A DNA stretch of 55,770 nucleotides from positions 1 to 55,770 of the IMG/VR virus record IMGVR_UViG_3300045996_001623. The stretch is one strand, 5' to 3'. Below the pieces are notes generated by a model. It saw only the letters and a program-made list of their open reading frames with translations, ran no database searches and was not told the origin of the DNA. Both the position numbers and the translations under genes were made by a program. The first letter of the stretch is position 1; each line of letters starts with the position of its first letter. The stretch is from a virus (Duplodnaviria > Caudoviricetes). Shown here in pieces: positions 43,108 to 51,917 of the stretch.

Positions 43108-43736
43108 TGGACGTCAAGCCGAAGTACCAGGACTACCAGCAGTTCAAGCGGTCGTGGAAGCTGAACCTTTCGAAGACCGACTACACGTCGCCGCAGGCGA
43201 TGCACCTGCGCATCCGCCGATTGAAGACCGGGGCCCGGGGCGGCTACCTGTTCAAGGTCGCCCCCTACGCCGCTCCGACCAAGACCGCAGACGGGTTCTC
43301 CCCGGTCGGCTACAAGCGTCTCGGCGAGGCGATCGACCACATCTGGCAGTTGCAGTACGTGACCGGCGGACCGGTCGGCGCCGAGCCCCGCCCCGAGCCC
43401 CGCGGCGACAACATCGGGTTCGAGCCGATGAAGGGCGACGAACTGTGGCGCCACTACGAGGACCCCGGCCAGCCCACCCGGCTGATGTACGTGTCCGCCG
43501 ACGTCGTCGTGGTCCGCGCGGGCGGCCACGACAAGTCGATGACCCGCAAGGTGTTCGACGCCGAGTACGTGCGACACATCCCGTTCAAGGTGCTGTACCC
43601 GCACGACATCTGGTGCGACTCGTGCGGCGAGATCCACCCGGCCAACCCCGACCACTACGACGGCGACGACGACTGCGTCCCCCGCAACTGGCGACGCATC
43701 TTCATCGAGAGCTACGACGAGAACGAGACCTTCTGA
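43107..43736 (+). CDS. Hypothetical protein
   Basis: TGATG coupling. Confidence 0.7.
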   Translation: MDVKPKYQDYQQFKRSWKLNLSKTDYTSPQAMHLRIRRLKTGARGGYLFKVAPYAAPTKTADGFSPVGYKRLGEAIDHIWQLQYVTGGPVGAEPRPEPRGDNIGFEPMKGDELWRHYEDPGQPTRLMYVSADVVVVRAGGHDKSMTRKVFDAEYVRHIPFKVLYPHDIWCDSCGEIHPANPDHYDGDDDCVPRNWRRIFIESYDENETF

Positions 43737-44428
43737 TGGACACCCCACACGAAACCACCGAGATCATCGTCAACGAGCGCGGCGACGAGACCCACCCGTC
43801 GTGGGTGGCGATCCGCGCCAACCGTGTCTCGCACTCCGGGCCCGGCAAACGCCTCCACGACTCCGAGATCCGCCACCAGCACTACGTGATCGTCACCGTG
43901 CGCCGGTTGAGCCGGAAGCGTGACCTGCACCGCGACTGGCACTTCGAGTACGGGGTGCCGCTCGTCGAGATGTCGATGTCGATGGCCCAGTGGGGTGCGT
44001 TCGTGTCGTCGTTCGGGCAGGGCACCGGCGTGCCGGTCACTCTCGACTGGTACGGGCCGGAGAACTACGTGCCGGGTGAGCCCACCGAGGCGGATTCCCG
44101 GCTGGCTCTGTCGGCCGCCGAGGTTCAGAAGCAGACCGCCAAGTCGATCGACGCCGTCGAATCCGCGCTCGCCGACGTGCTGGAAGCGTTCGACGCCGGA
44201 GTCTCGAAGAAGGCGCTGCGCGAGAAGCTGAACGCTCTGACGGCCCGTGTCCGCAACATGCCCGCCAACGCCAAGTTCGCCGCCGACTCGCTCACCGAGC
44301 ACACCGAGGCTGTCGTCACGAAGGCCCGGTTCGACATCGAAGCGATGGTCGCCCAGCACGCCGAGACCCTGGGTCTCAACGCCGCCGACATCGCCGACTC
44401 TCTCGCGATCGGGTCGGGCGATGTCTGA
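43736..44428 (+). CDS. Hypothetical phage protein
   Basis: TGATG coupling; E..MS.AQW..FVSS..G.GVP.TL. Confidence 0.75.
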   Translation: MDTPHETTEIIVNERGDETHPSWVAIRANRVSHSGPGKRLHDSEIRHQHYVIVTVRRLSRKRDLHRDWHFEYGVPLVEMSMSMAQWGAFVSSFGQGTGVPVTLDWYGPENYVPGEPTEADSRLALSAAEVQKQTAKSIDAVESALADVLEAFDAGVSKKALREKLNALTARVRNMPANAKFAADSLTEHTEAVVTKARFDIEAMVAQHAETLGLNAADIADSLAIGSGDV

Positions 44429-44678
44429 CCTGGTCGTTGTCGAGTACGCCCTGGTGTTCGACCCCGCCGACGAGAACGACCGGCCCATGATGTGGACCGG
44501 CAGCGGCTGGGACTCGTGGCCCGCCAACGACCCCGAGCAGGGCGGGCGCGGCCCGTGGGGCATCCCTGCCGTCAACTCGCATCCGGTCAGGGTCGTGAAG
44601 CGCACCGTGACCTACAGCGACTGGGGCCCCTGCCCAGACCCCGAACCCCCCTACGTCCCAGACCAGGAGTCCCCATGA
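44421..44678 (+). CDS. Hypothetical protein
   Basis: Operon continuity. Confidence 0.6.
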   Translation: MSDLVVVEYALVFDPADENDRPMMWTGSGWDSWPANDPEQGGRGPWGIPAVNSHPVRVVKRTVTYSDWGPCPDPEPPYVPDQESP

Positions 44679-44974
44679 GCACGTTCACCCGCATCGAGCG
44701 CATCGAGCGCTACATCGACTTCGCCGTCGAAGTCCCGACCGTACCCGCCGAGGTCGCCAAGATGTTCCGTGCCGCCGAGGCCGAGTGTCAGGCCCTGGGT
44801 GGCCGGGTCGACGTCGACGACTGGTGCATCGTGACGGTCACCGACACGCATCTCGTGTTCACGATCAAGGTGACCGTCCCCGAGCGCGCGGCGCACGTCC
44901 GGTTCAACGGTGGTGCCGCGATCGCCGACGTCATCGCCGGAGCCACCGACGGCACGCTCACGGTGGACGTCTGA
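44675..44974 (+). CDS. Hypothetical protein
   Basis: SD AGGAG, ATGA overlap. Confidence 0.7.
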   Translation: MSTFTRIERIERYIDFAVEVPTVPAEVAKMFRAAEAECQALGGRVDVDDWCIVTVTDTHLVFTIKVTVPERAAHVRFNGGAAIADVIAGATDGTLTVDV

Positions 44975-44975
44975 C

Positions 44976-45476
44976 GTGGAAGCCTCCATCCGAATCTTCC
45001 GCACCATCTTCGAGGACTACGGCGACCCGCTCGTCGACATCACCGTCCCCGACCTTCGCGTCCAGATGCGCAAGGGCCCCCGTGCCGGGACGACGTGCAC
45101 GGTGCGGTCCCGGCTGATCCACGAGGACGGGTCGTACGCCACCGACTTCGAGCACGACGGCGCCTCAACGTTCTTCCTCGAACTGGGGGTGCTGGACCAG
45201 CAGATCATCTCGGAGGACTGGATCGAGGTCATCGGTGTGCTGCTCGAAGCCCGGTCGTGGGAGCCGCAGTTCGTTCGGGCGAAGCACGAGGACGAGGGTG
45301 GTGGGCCGTGGGACGGCGCCCGCAAGTGTGAGTACTGCGTGGCCCCACCGAAGGGGGACGGGGAGCATTGGATGGTGGAGCATTACCTGCCCCCGAAGTG
45401 CCCGTCGATCCGGGCGGAGACGGGCAAGCACCTGTCGGTGTACGGCCGGTTCGTCGTCATCCGCTGGACACCGTGA
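44976..45476 (+). CDS. Hypothetical protein
   Basis: Codon bias, operon continuity. Confidence 0.65.
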   Translation: MEASIRIFRTIFEDYGDPLVDITVPDLRVQMRKGPRAGTTCTVRSRLIHEDGSYATDFEHDGASTFFLELGVLDQQIISEDWIEVIGVLLEARSWEPQFVRAKHEDEGGGPWDGARKCEYCVAPPKGDGEHWMVEHYLPPKCPSIRAETGKHLSVYGRFVVIRWTP

Positions 45477-45477
45477 C

Positions 45478-45496
45478 GTACACGGTGCTATACTGC
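45478..45496 (+). promoter_or_regulatory. Second copy of GTACACGGTGCTATACTGC, leaderless start 45502
   Basis: Exact repeat of 13193-13211. Confidence 0.8.
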
Positions 45497-45501
45497 CTGT
45501 C

Positions 45502-45771
45502 ATGACCAAGACCTACACGCTCACCCTGATGGACGACTCCGGCGAGATCCTGAACGTCGTTCAGTCGCCCGTCCTGCCCCGCTTCGCCCACGTCATCCAC
45601 CACAGCCCCGAAGCGGGCACGCTCGTCATGTCCGACGAGCCGGAGGTCGAAGTGCCGGACGCCACGGCGATCGTCGTCACGTTCGCCCGGATCGCGTCCG
45701 CTGTCCATGTCGCTGCGGATGAGGGGGTGCAGGAAGAGCGGTCGGCGTTGTTCGTCCGTGTCCGTGCGTGA
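45502..45771 (+). CDS. Hypothetical protein
   Basis: Leaderless ATG. Confidence 0.7.
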   Translation: MTKTYTLTLMDDSGEILNVVQSPVLPRFAHVIHHSPEAGTLVMSDEPEVEVPDATAIVVTFARIASAVHVAADEGVQEERSALFVRVRA

Positions 45772-45777
45772 CACGGG

Positions 45778-45805
45778 TTGACATTCCCGTACACATCGCT
45801 ATACT
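45778..45805 (+). promoter_or_regulatory. SigA promoter, leaderless start 45813
   Basis: TTGACA-16-TATACT with GTACAC in spacer. Confidence 0.75.
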
Positions 45806-45812
45806 CACGAAC

Positions 45813-46433
45813 ATGATCCAGACCGAGACGTTCCAGCCCCCCAAGCGCCGCCGCGGGCGCGCCTTCTCCCTCAGCCTGTTCCTCGCCGCAGGCGGCGGGC
45901 TCATGCAGCAGTGCGCCCCCATGCCCACCGCCGCCCCCGCCACGTACGCCACCGTCGTCGTCGGTGACAGCATCACCGCCGACGCCAAGGACGAACTCGC
46001 CACCCAGAAGGACATCTACGTCGATGGCATCTGGGGCCGTGGGATCGACTCCAACGCCGGTGGCCACACCTTCCCCACGCTCCGCACCGCCGTCGCCGCA
46101 GCCGCCAAGAAGGTCAAGCCGCAGGGCTGGCTCGTCATCCAGGACGACGGCGGCGAAGGGGTCACCACCCCCGAGTTCGTCAAGTACGTCACCGACCTGC
46201 TCCCCGACGACCGCTGCCTGGCCTGGGTGTCCCCGTCGAACGACACGACCGGCGCCGCCTGGCTGGCCGACTCGCAGGCCGCCGTCACCGCTGGCCTGCT
46301 CGACCAGCCGTGCAACGCCTACATCGACTGGTACACGGTGTCGCACGAGCAGGGCGTCCTCCACGACGGTCTGCACGCCAACCAGGACGGCCAGTGGCTC
46401 TACAACCACCTGATCTGGACGACCGTCCGATGA
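45813..46433 (+). CDS. Secreted SGNH/GDSL-family esterase
   Basis: RRRGR plus hydrophobic signal; VGDSIT, IDW, DGLH.N..G. Confidence 0.8.
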   Translation: MIQTETFQPPKRRRGRAFSLSLFLAAGGGLMQQCAPMPTAAPATYATVVVGDSITADAKDELATQKDIYVDGIWGRGIDSNAGGHTFPTLRTAVAAAAKKVKPQGWLVIQDDGGEGVTTPEFVKYVTDLLPDDRCLAWVSPSNDTTGAAWLADSQAAVTAGLLDQPCNAYIDWYTVSHEQGVLHDGLHANQDGQWLYNHLIWTTVR

Positions 46434-47632
46434 GCCGCCCGAACGAGTGGTCCGGGCTCGCCCCGGCAGTCGACGCCCACCTGTCGCTGTGGGCCCACCG
46501 TGATCGCGCCATCCAGTTCGCCAACGCCTTCGACGAGACCCGCCACCACGACGACTTCGCCCGGTGGATCAACACGGTGCCCGGCCTGTCGTGGACCAAG
46601 TTCGCAGCCTCGTACGGCGTCATCGGTGAGAACGGCGCCCCCATGGCTGACATCCTGACCCTCGACGGCGAGACGATCTCCGGGCGTGAGCAGATGCGCG
46701 CCGACCATGCCGCGATCCAGAAAGGGGTGTCCCTCGCCCAGCACGAGCACGAGATGCTCGCCCGCGGCGTCTCCCACTACGTGTCGGCCGAGGTCGTCGC
46801 CGAGATCTCTGAGGCGGCCAGCCTGGCGCACAACGAACCGATCTACGACACGGACGTGTTCACCCCGCACGGGTTCGCTGTGCTGGAAACCCCTGCCGTC
46901 TTCTCGGACCTGCACCCGTACACCGGTGAGCCGTCCGACATCGAAGTGCACATTCGGGCGGTCGGCTGGACGCTGATCGACCGTGTCGGCACCACCACCC
47001 CAGGCGACCTGGCGTTGAAGCCCGGCGTCATGGTGTTCCTCTACACCACCCGTGACGACTTCACGAACGGCTACTTCCGGACGTGCATCGACAACGGCAT
47101 CGAACCGCCCTACGGCCCCGAGGTCGTCGAGGACGGGTTCATCCCGATGGAGGTTCTGTCCTGGCAGTTCGGACGTCCGTGGGACACCCGGCCGGGCGCC
47201 TTCGCTCACATCCCTGGCACCGTCCCCTCGACGGTCGGGGAGCAGCGTCGCTGGTTCTACGCCTTCCAACGGCTGATGTGGCAACGGATCATCGTCCCGC
47301 AACGTGCATCGACGAACCGTCAGACGGCGCGCCGCTGGGAGCGTGACACGCAGGGCCGCAAGCCGGTCCTGGACTACACCGTGCTCCGTCTCCGCCGCGC
47401 TGTCGACCCGAACTACGAGCCGACCGGCACCGGCGCCCCACTCGAACACCGGGTCAAGGTGCGCGGTCACTGGAAGTTCGTGTACCTGCCCGGCAGCGGC
47501 ATCCCGGCCCGCGACGAGAACGGCGCCCAGATCCCCGAGTCGCACCGGTGGATGTGGATTGAGGCGCACTGGAAGGGCCCGGAGGACGGCCCGGTCGGCG
47601 CGATGGAGTGGGCAACGGCGGTGATCCGATGA
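46430..47632 (+). CDS. Hypothetical phage protein
   Basis: C-terminal VRGHW..WI..HWKGP..P motif; ATGA overlap. Confidence 0.8.
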   Translation: MSRPNEWSGLAPAVDAHLSLWAHRDRAIQFANAFDETRHHDDFARWINTVPGLSWTKFAASYGVIGENGAPMADILTLDGETISGREQMRADHAAIQKGVSLAQHEHEMLARGVSHYVSAEVVAEISEAASLAHNEPIYDTDVFTPHGFAVLETPAVFSDLHPYTGEPSDIEVHIRAVGWTLIDRVGTTTPGDLALKPGVMVFLYTTRDDFTNGYFRTCIDNGIEPPYGPEVVEDGFIPMEVLSWQFGRPWDTRPGAFAHIPGTVPSTVGEQRRWFYAFQRLMWQRIIVPQRASTNRQTARRWERDTQGRKPVLDYTVLRLRRAVDPNYEPTGTGAPLEHRVKVRGHWKFVYLPGSGIPARDENGAQIPESHRWMWIEAHWKGPEDGPVGAMEWATAVIR

Positions 47633-47820
47633 GGCGCCACCACGCCAAGGTCGTTCTGCGCACCATCGAAGGCGTCCCGTGGAAGTGGGAAGCACGCTGT
47701 ACGTGCGGCTGGATCGCACAGTCCTGGGCGTGGGACCGCACCCGCCAGGGCGGCTACGGGCCCGGCGAGACCGGCGGGGCTCTGCCGATGGCACTCGATC
47801 ATGTGGGGCGTGCCCGATGA
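47629..47820 (+). CDS. Small zinc-binding protein
   Basis: ARCTCGW..H; ATGA overlaps. Confidence 0.6.
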   Translation: MRRHHAKVVLRTIEGVPWKWEARCTCGWIAQSWAWDRTRQGGYGPGETGGALPMALDHVGRAR

Positions 47821-47945
47821 GCCGTCATCGGCCCGGCAGCCCCGAGTACCAGCGCCGAACGAACCTCATCGGGCTGGCCAGCGTCTGCGCCCTGTTGGCG
47901 TCGCTGGTCATCAAGATCATCCTGATCGTGGGGATGATCCGATGA
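47817..47945 (+). CDS. Small membrane protein
   Basis: ATGA overlaps, TM helix. Confidence 0.55.
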   Translation: MSRHRPGSPEYQRRTNLIGLASVCALLASLVIKIILIVGMIR

Positions 47946-48076
47946 GGCGCCGTGAGCACGACTGGGTGGACTGGGAGACCCGGGCTCGCCGTGAACTGCG
48001 GGTGTCGCTCGGCATCGGCATCGCCGGTGTTCTGCTGTCAGCAGCGTCGATCATCCTGAACCTGGCGTCCCGATGA
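47942..48076 (+). CDS. Small membrane protein
   Basis: ATGA overlaps, TM helix. Confidence 0.55.
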   Translation: MRRREHDWVDWETRARRELRVSLGIGIAGVLLSAASIILNLASR

Positions 48077-48252
48077 GCCAGAACGTGATCGAAGAGGCCA
48101 TCGTCGCCGGGTACGTCGTCGCGGCGCTCCGCAACGGCGCCAGCGAAGTCCCCAGGGACAGCGCCATGGTCGCCGACGCCCTCCGCATCGCGCGAGCGAA
48201 CCCGGACCTGTACCCGATCCTCTCGAAGTACGACCAGGGCGCCCCGCCGTGA
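48073..48252 (+). CDS. Hypothetical protein (59 aa)
   Basis: 4-nt overlaps at both ends. Confidence 0.6.
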   Translation: MSQNVIEEAIVAGYVVAALRNGASEVPRDSAMVADALRIARANPDLYPILSKYDQGAPP

Positions 48253-48389
48253 TCGACTGGACCGACGAACCGGTGCTCGCCGAGCACCTGTACGAACGTG
48301 CCCGCATCAACGAGGCGTTCGACCGAGCACGGGTCCGCATCCTGGGCCCGTACGACTGGGCCCGCGAGCCCGATGGAGAGTGGACCTGA
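48249..48389 (+). CDS. Hypothetical protein (46 aa)
   Basis: Overlaps at both ends. Confidence 0.55.
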   Translation: MIDWTDEPVLAEHLYERARINEAFDRARVRILGPYDWAREPDGEWT

Positions 48390-48730
48390 TGGCGTTCTAC
48401 CGCTACCTCGAAGTGCGAGACGACGACGACGGGATCTTCAACATTCCGCCCGGGTCGATCTTCGTGAAGCAGACCCCGATCGGCGACCTGCTGCTGCTGA
48501 TCCCGGTCACCGATCTGCCAGGGCCCGGCCCGCAGCCGGTGACCGTCCACGAGGACGGCACCATCACCGGCCACATCGGCGTCAAAGATAAGCGTCCACA
48601 CTCGCGGGCCTGCGGCATTCGGCCGCACGACCACGGGCCCGAGTGTCACGGGAACTGCCCAACCTGCCACGGCAGCCTCATTGACGACGGGTCCGCCCCG
48701 ACCGTCCCGATCGAGTCGCTCGACCCGTGA
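48389..48730 (+). CDS. Hypothetical Cys/His-rich protein
   Basis: PHSRACGI..HDHG..C..NCPTC. Confidence 0.65.
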   Translation: MAFYRYLEVRDDDDGIFNIPPGSIFVKQTPIGDLLLLIPVTDLPGPGPQPVTVHEDGTITGHIGVKDKRPHSRACGIRPHDHGPECHGNCPTCHGSLIDDGSAPTVPIESLDP

Positions 48731-48996
48731 TCTGCCCGGCCTGCTCCGGCCACGTCGACGAAGCCCTCACCCCGTCCGGGCGCATCCCGCCGCAGGACTG
48801 GGACCCCGTCGTGTGCTTCCACTGCGGCGCCCTCGCCGTCATCGACCACGTCGTTCCCGGCCACCTACGCAACCCGTCGACGAACGACATCGACGCATGG
48901 CAGAGTGATAGCCGTCTGGCGCGCCTGCTCGACCTGCAGCAAGCCGCCATGCGGCGGACCAACACCGAGACCCAAGATGGAGACCAGACCACATGA
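48727..48996 (+). CDS. Zinc-finger protein
   Basis: CPAC..CFHC. Confidence 0.65.
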   Translation: MICPACSGHVDEALTPSGRIPPQDWDPVVCFHCGALAVIDHVVPGHLRNPSTNDIDAWQSDSRLARLLDLQQAAMRRTNTETQDGDQTT

Positions 48997-49475
48997 CCAC
49001 TGACAGCACCCTGTTCGACGCGCCTGCCGACATCCCCGCCCTGCCCTACGCCGGGACGTCCGGCCATTCGGGCTCTGAGACGTCCAGGGAGCGCGCAACA
49101 CGTGCCGACCGCACCGGACTCACCGGGGAACGCGATCGGCTCACCCTGGACGAACTGAGAGAGCGAGGATCGGACGGCCTGACCTGGGTCGAACTCGCCC
49201 GAGCCCAGAACCTTCACCACGGCGAAGCGTCCGCCGTCCTGTCCCGACTCCACCAGGTCGGCCGGATCTCCCGACTCACCGAGCGGCGCGACCGCTGCCA
49301 GGTGTACGTCCTCAACCGGCACGTCAACGGCCGGGACCTGTCGGCGTTCCGACCGAACGTGTCCCGCAGCAAGGTCCTCGACCTGCTCGACGAGATCGAC
49401 CAGAAGCTGTCGGTCAACAACGTCGTCGACGCCCGCCGCGTCATCCGTGAGGCCCGCAAGCTGTACGACGCCTGA
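48993..49475 (+). CDS. Winged-HTH DNA-binding protein
   Basis: GLTWVELA....HHGEASAVLSRLH..G.I.R. Confidence 0.7.
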   Translation: MTTDSTLFDAPADIPALPYAGTSGHSGSETSRERATRADRTGLTGERDRLTLDELRERGSDGLTWVELARAQNLHHGEASAVLSRLHQVGRISRLTERRDRCQVYVLNRHVNGRDLSAFRPNVSRSKVLDLLDEIDQKLSVNNVVDARRVIREARKLYDA

Positions 49476-50083
49476 TGCTCCGCTACACGGTCCGGCCGTT
49501 GACGCCGGAAGCACTCACCCGCATGTCAGGCAAGGGCAGCGAGCACTCGCCGTTCCGGTCGACATGGTCGGCGACCGAGCAACTGCTGGACCGTGAAGTG
49601 CGCGCCCTGGGAGGCCGCAACGTCGTCATCATGGCCGACTGCTCCGAAGCTGACCTGCGTCTCGACGGGCAGCTACGAGCGAACGCCCGCCCGGCCACCC
49701 CACGCTGCGCGGTGGCGTTCGAGTCCCGCAAGGGGCCGCTCATGTTCGCCTGCGGCCGGTACCGCACCTGGCAGGACAACGTCCGGGCGATCGCCCTGGG
49801 GCTCGAAGCGCTCCGCAAGATCGACCGGTACGGCATCGTCGCCACCGACGAGCAGTACACCGGGTTCCGTGCCATCGGCACCGGCCAACACCCGGACTGG
49901 GCCGAGACGCTCGCCACCTACTCCGGGTTGTCGCCCGAGCAGGTGATTGAGGACGTGACGTTCGCCTACCGCCGCGCGGCGCGTGCGACGCACCCGGACA
50001 CTGGTGGTACGCACGAAGCGTATATCGCAGTGAAGCAAGCGTTTGACCTTGCAACGACGAGCAGGAGTACCGCCCATGTCTGA
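49475..50083 (+). CDS. J-domain (DnaJ-like) protein
   Basis: C-terminal AYRRAARATHPDTGG; N-terminal WQDN.RAIALGLEALR..DRYG. Confidence 0.85.
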   Translation: MLRYTVRPLTPEALTRMSGKGSEHSPFRSTWSATEQLLDREVRALGGRNVVIMADCSEADLRLDGQLRANARPATPRCAVAFESRKGPLMFACGRYRTWQDNVRAIALGLEALRKIDRYGIVATDEQYTGFRAIGTGQHPDWAETLATYSGLSPEQVIEDVTFAYRRAARATHPDTGGTHEAYIAVKQAFDLATTSRSTAHV

Positions 50084-50360
50084 TCTGCTGCCCCGGCCAA
50101 CCGAGGTCGTCGACCACGACCACGAGTTCGACGGCCCCCCCGACGTCGGGATGGTGCGCATGTGCATCGACCGGCGCTGCCACTACGTCGCTGTGGGCAC
50201 CGGTGACTCATGGAGAGACCCGACACCGATCGAGCAGACGAACATCACCCTGTTCATGTGGAACGAAGTGATCATCGCCGAAGCCATGCAGATCGTCCAC
50301 GGCCGCGAAGCGGGCCTGCGTCGCGCCCGGTACCTGCTCGGACACGACTGCGACGGCTAG
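50076..50360 (+). CDS. Hypothetical protein
   Basis: SD AGGAG. Confidence 0.65.
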   Translation: MSDLLPRPTEVVDHDHEFDGPPDVGMVRMCIDRRCHYVAVGTGDSWRDPTPIEQTNITLFMWNEVIIAEAMQIVHGREAGLRRARYLLGHDCDG

Positions 50361-50641
50361 GGGTTCTCGAACCCTGCCGCTTCGGCTTCGGCGCCCTTCT
50401 GCGCGGCGTGGTTGCCGAGGGTCAGAGCGATGATCGACAGGATGACGGTCTCCAACGACGTCACCTTCACGAACAACTCGAAGTCGAGCAGGAAGTACGC
50501 GGCGACGTTCGGCGGGGTGAGCAGGATGAGCCACATCCACTTCGCCAGGCGGTTCCGTCCAGCGGAACGCCGGGCCGCTGCGGCTTTCATGTCGCGTTCG
50601 TCTTCGCTCACCGCAGCGACCGTACCCGGAACATCCATCAA
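50357..50641 (-). CDS. Small membrane protein
   Basis: Two hydrophobic segments; convergent stop shares CTAG. Confidence 0.55.
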   Translation of the reverse strand: MMDVPGTVAAVSEDERDMKAAAARRSAGRNRLAKWMWLILLTPPNVAAYFLLDFELFVKVTSLETVILSIIALTLGNHAAQKGAEAEAAGFENP

Positions 50642-50673
50642 ACATAGGTTTCATAGGCAGCTATAATCGGGCT

Positions 50674-51060
50674 ATGCCAGACCCGAGACCCGCCCCCGAG
50701 ATGGTGTACCCCGACGACGAAGCCCTCCGCGTGGAGGCGCTCGCGATCCGCACGGCGCACGACCCGGAACACCAGAAGGACAACGGCTACGAACGCTGCG
50801 CCCTCTGCCACTTCACCCGGCACCCGTGCGACGCGTTCGACATGGCCGACCAAGTCCTCACCCTGCTCAACCGCATCGCTGCCCCGGCCGTAGACCCGGT
50901 GCAGATCGCGCGAGCGCTTGCCGTGAAGGCCACGAATGCCGCCGATGTCACCGTCGACGACCTGATCCTCACCCTCGTCGCCGACGTGCTGCTGATCTCG
51001 TCCGGCGCCATGCCGATCGACGCTTACGAACAGGGGACCGCCAGTGCCGAACCATCCTGA
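50674..51060 (+). CDS. Hypothetical protein
   Basis: Leaderless after TATAAT 50662; H..CALC..HPC. Confidence 0.7.
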   Translation: MPDPRPAPEMVYPDDEALRVEALAIRTAHDPEHQKDNGYERCALCHFTRHPCDAFDMADQVLTLLNRIAAPAVDPVQIARALAVKATNAADVTVDDLILTLVADVLLISSGAMPIDAYEQGTASAEPS

Positions 51061-51415
51061 GCCGCCCGGCGAGATCTGCTGCTGGCCCCGCTGCGCCATC
51101 CTCGCCACCCACAAGATCGGCGAAGAGGCCCCCGTCCACTTCCACAACATGACCGCCTACCTGTGCTGCACCCACATGCAGATGCTCGGCATGGACTGCG
51201 ACGACTACCCGTACGCCGAAGCGCTCACGGACCCGTCCGAAGCGATCCGCCGCGCCTATGACGACTTCCGACGGGCCCGCGGCGTCATCATGGGCACGCT
51301 CCCCGCCGAGGAAGCGATCCGCCGCGCCCGTGGCGGGGAGCGCGACGACATGATCCAGCCGCCGCCGGAACCTCGCCGACTCACCCCTGTGAAGAATCTG
51401 CCCGACGACACTTGA
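51044..51415 (+). CDS. Hypothetical protein
   Basis: Codon bias, Cys motifs. Confidence 0.6.
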   Translation: MPNHPEPPGEICCWPRCAILATHKIGEEAPVHFHNMTAYLCCTHMQMLGMDCDDYPYAEALTDPSEAIRRAYDDFRRARGVIMGTLPAEEAIRRARGGERDDMIQPPPEPRRLTPVKNLPDDT

Positions 51416-51864
51416 CACCGTTGGACGGAAGCGTCCTTCGAATAGGTGTGAGAGAGCTACCGCCCATCAGCCTCGACGGGTTCGCCCCGTCCTGGGGAGA
51501 CTTCGAGCACACCTGGGGCCCGCCCGTCCTCCACGACGGCGAGCCGTGGCAGGCCAACCAGTACCACTGCGAGATCCTGGGCCGCTACGACCACGACTAC
51601 CTGGGCGCCCACCTGTACGTCCAGGTCTGGGACTACGCCCAACAGGGCGAGCCGGACCAGCGTTGGCAGTACCTGCTGCTGCTCCACCGCCCGAAGCGGT
51701 ACGTCGACGACGCCGACCTGATCGTCGGCACCGGCTGGGACTGGGTGATCCGCAACGAGTGGCCGGTCGCCAAGTTCGGTCGCCCTCCCACGTTCGCCGA
51801 GGTCGGCGCTGACGTGGACCTGTGGCTGCAATGCCCGGAGGTCCTCCGTTTCATCATCGAGTGA
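51412..51864 (+). CDS. Hypothetical protein (start may be GTG 51448)
   Basis: Codon bias. Confidence 0.65.
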   Translation: MTPLDGSVLRIGVRELPPISLDGFAPSWGDFEHTWGPPVLHDGEPWQANQYHCEILGRYDHDYLGAHLYVQVWDYAQQGEPDQRWQYLLLLHRPKRYVDDADLIVGTGWDWVIRNEWPVAKFGRPPTFAEVGADVDLWLQCPEVLRFIIE

Positions 51865-51917
51865 TGCCAGGCTAGGAGGGTCCGACAACCCCCCAAGCCT
51901 GCAGGAGCCACCGCCCG

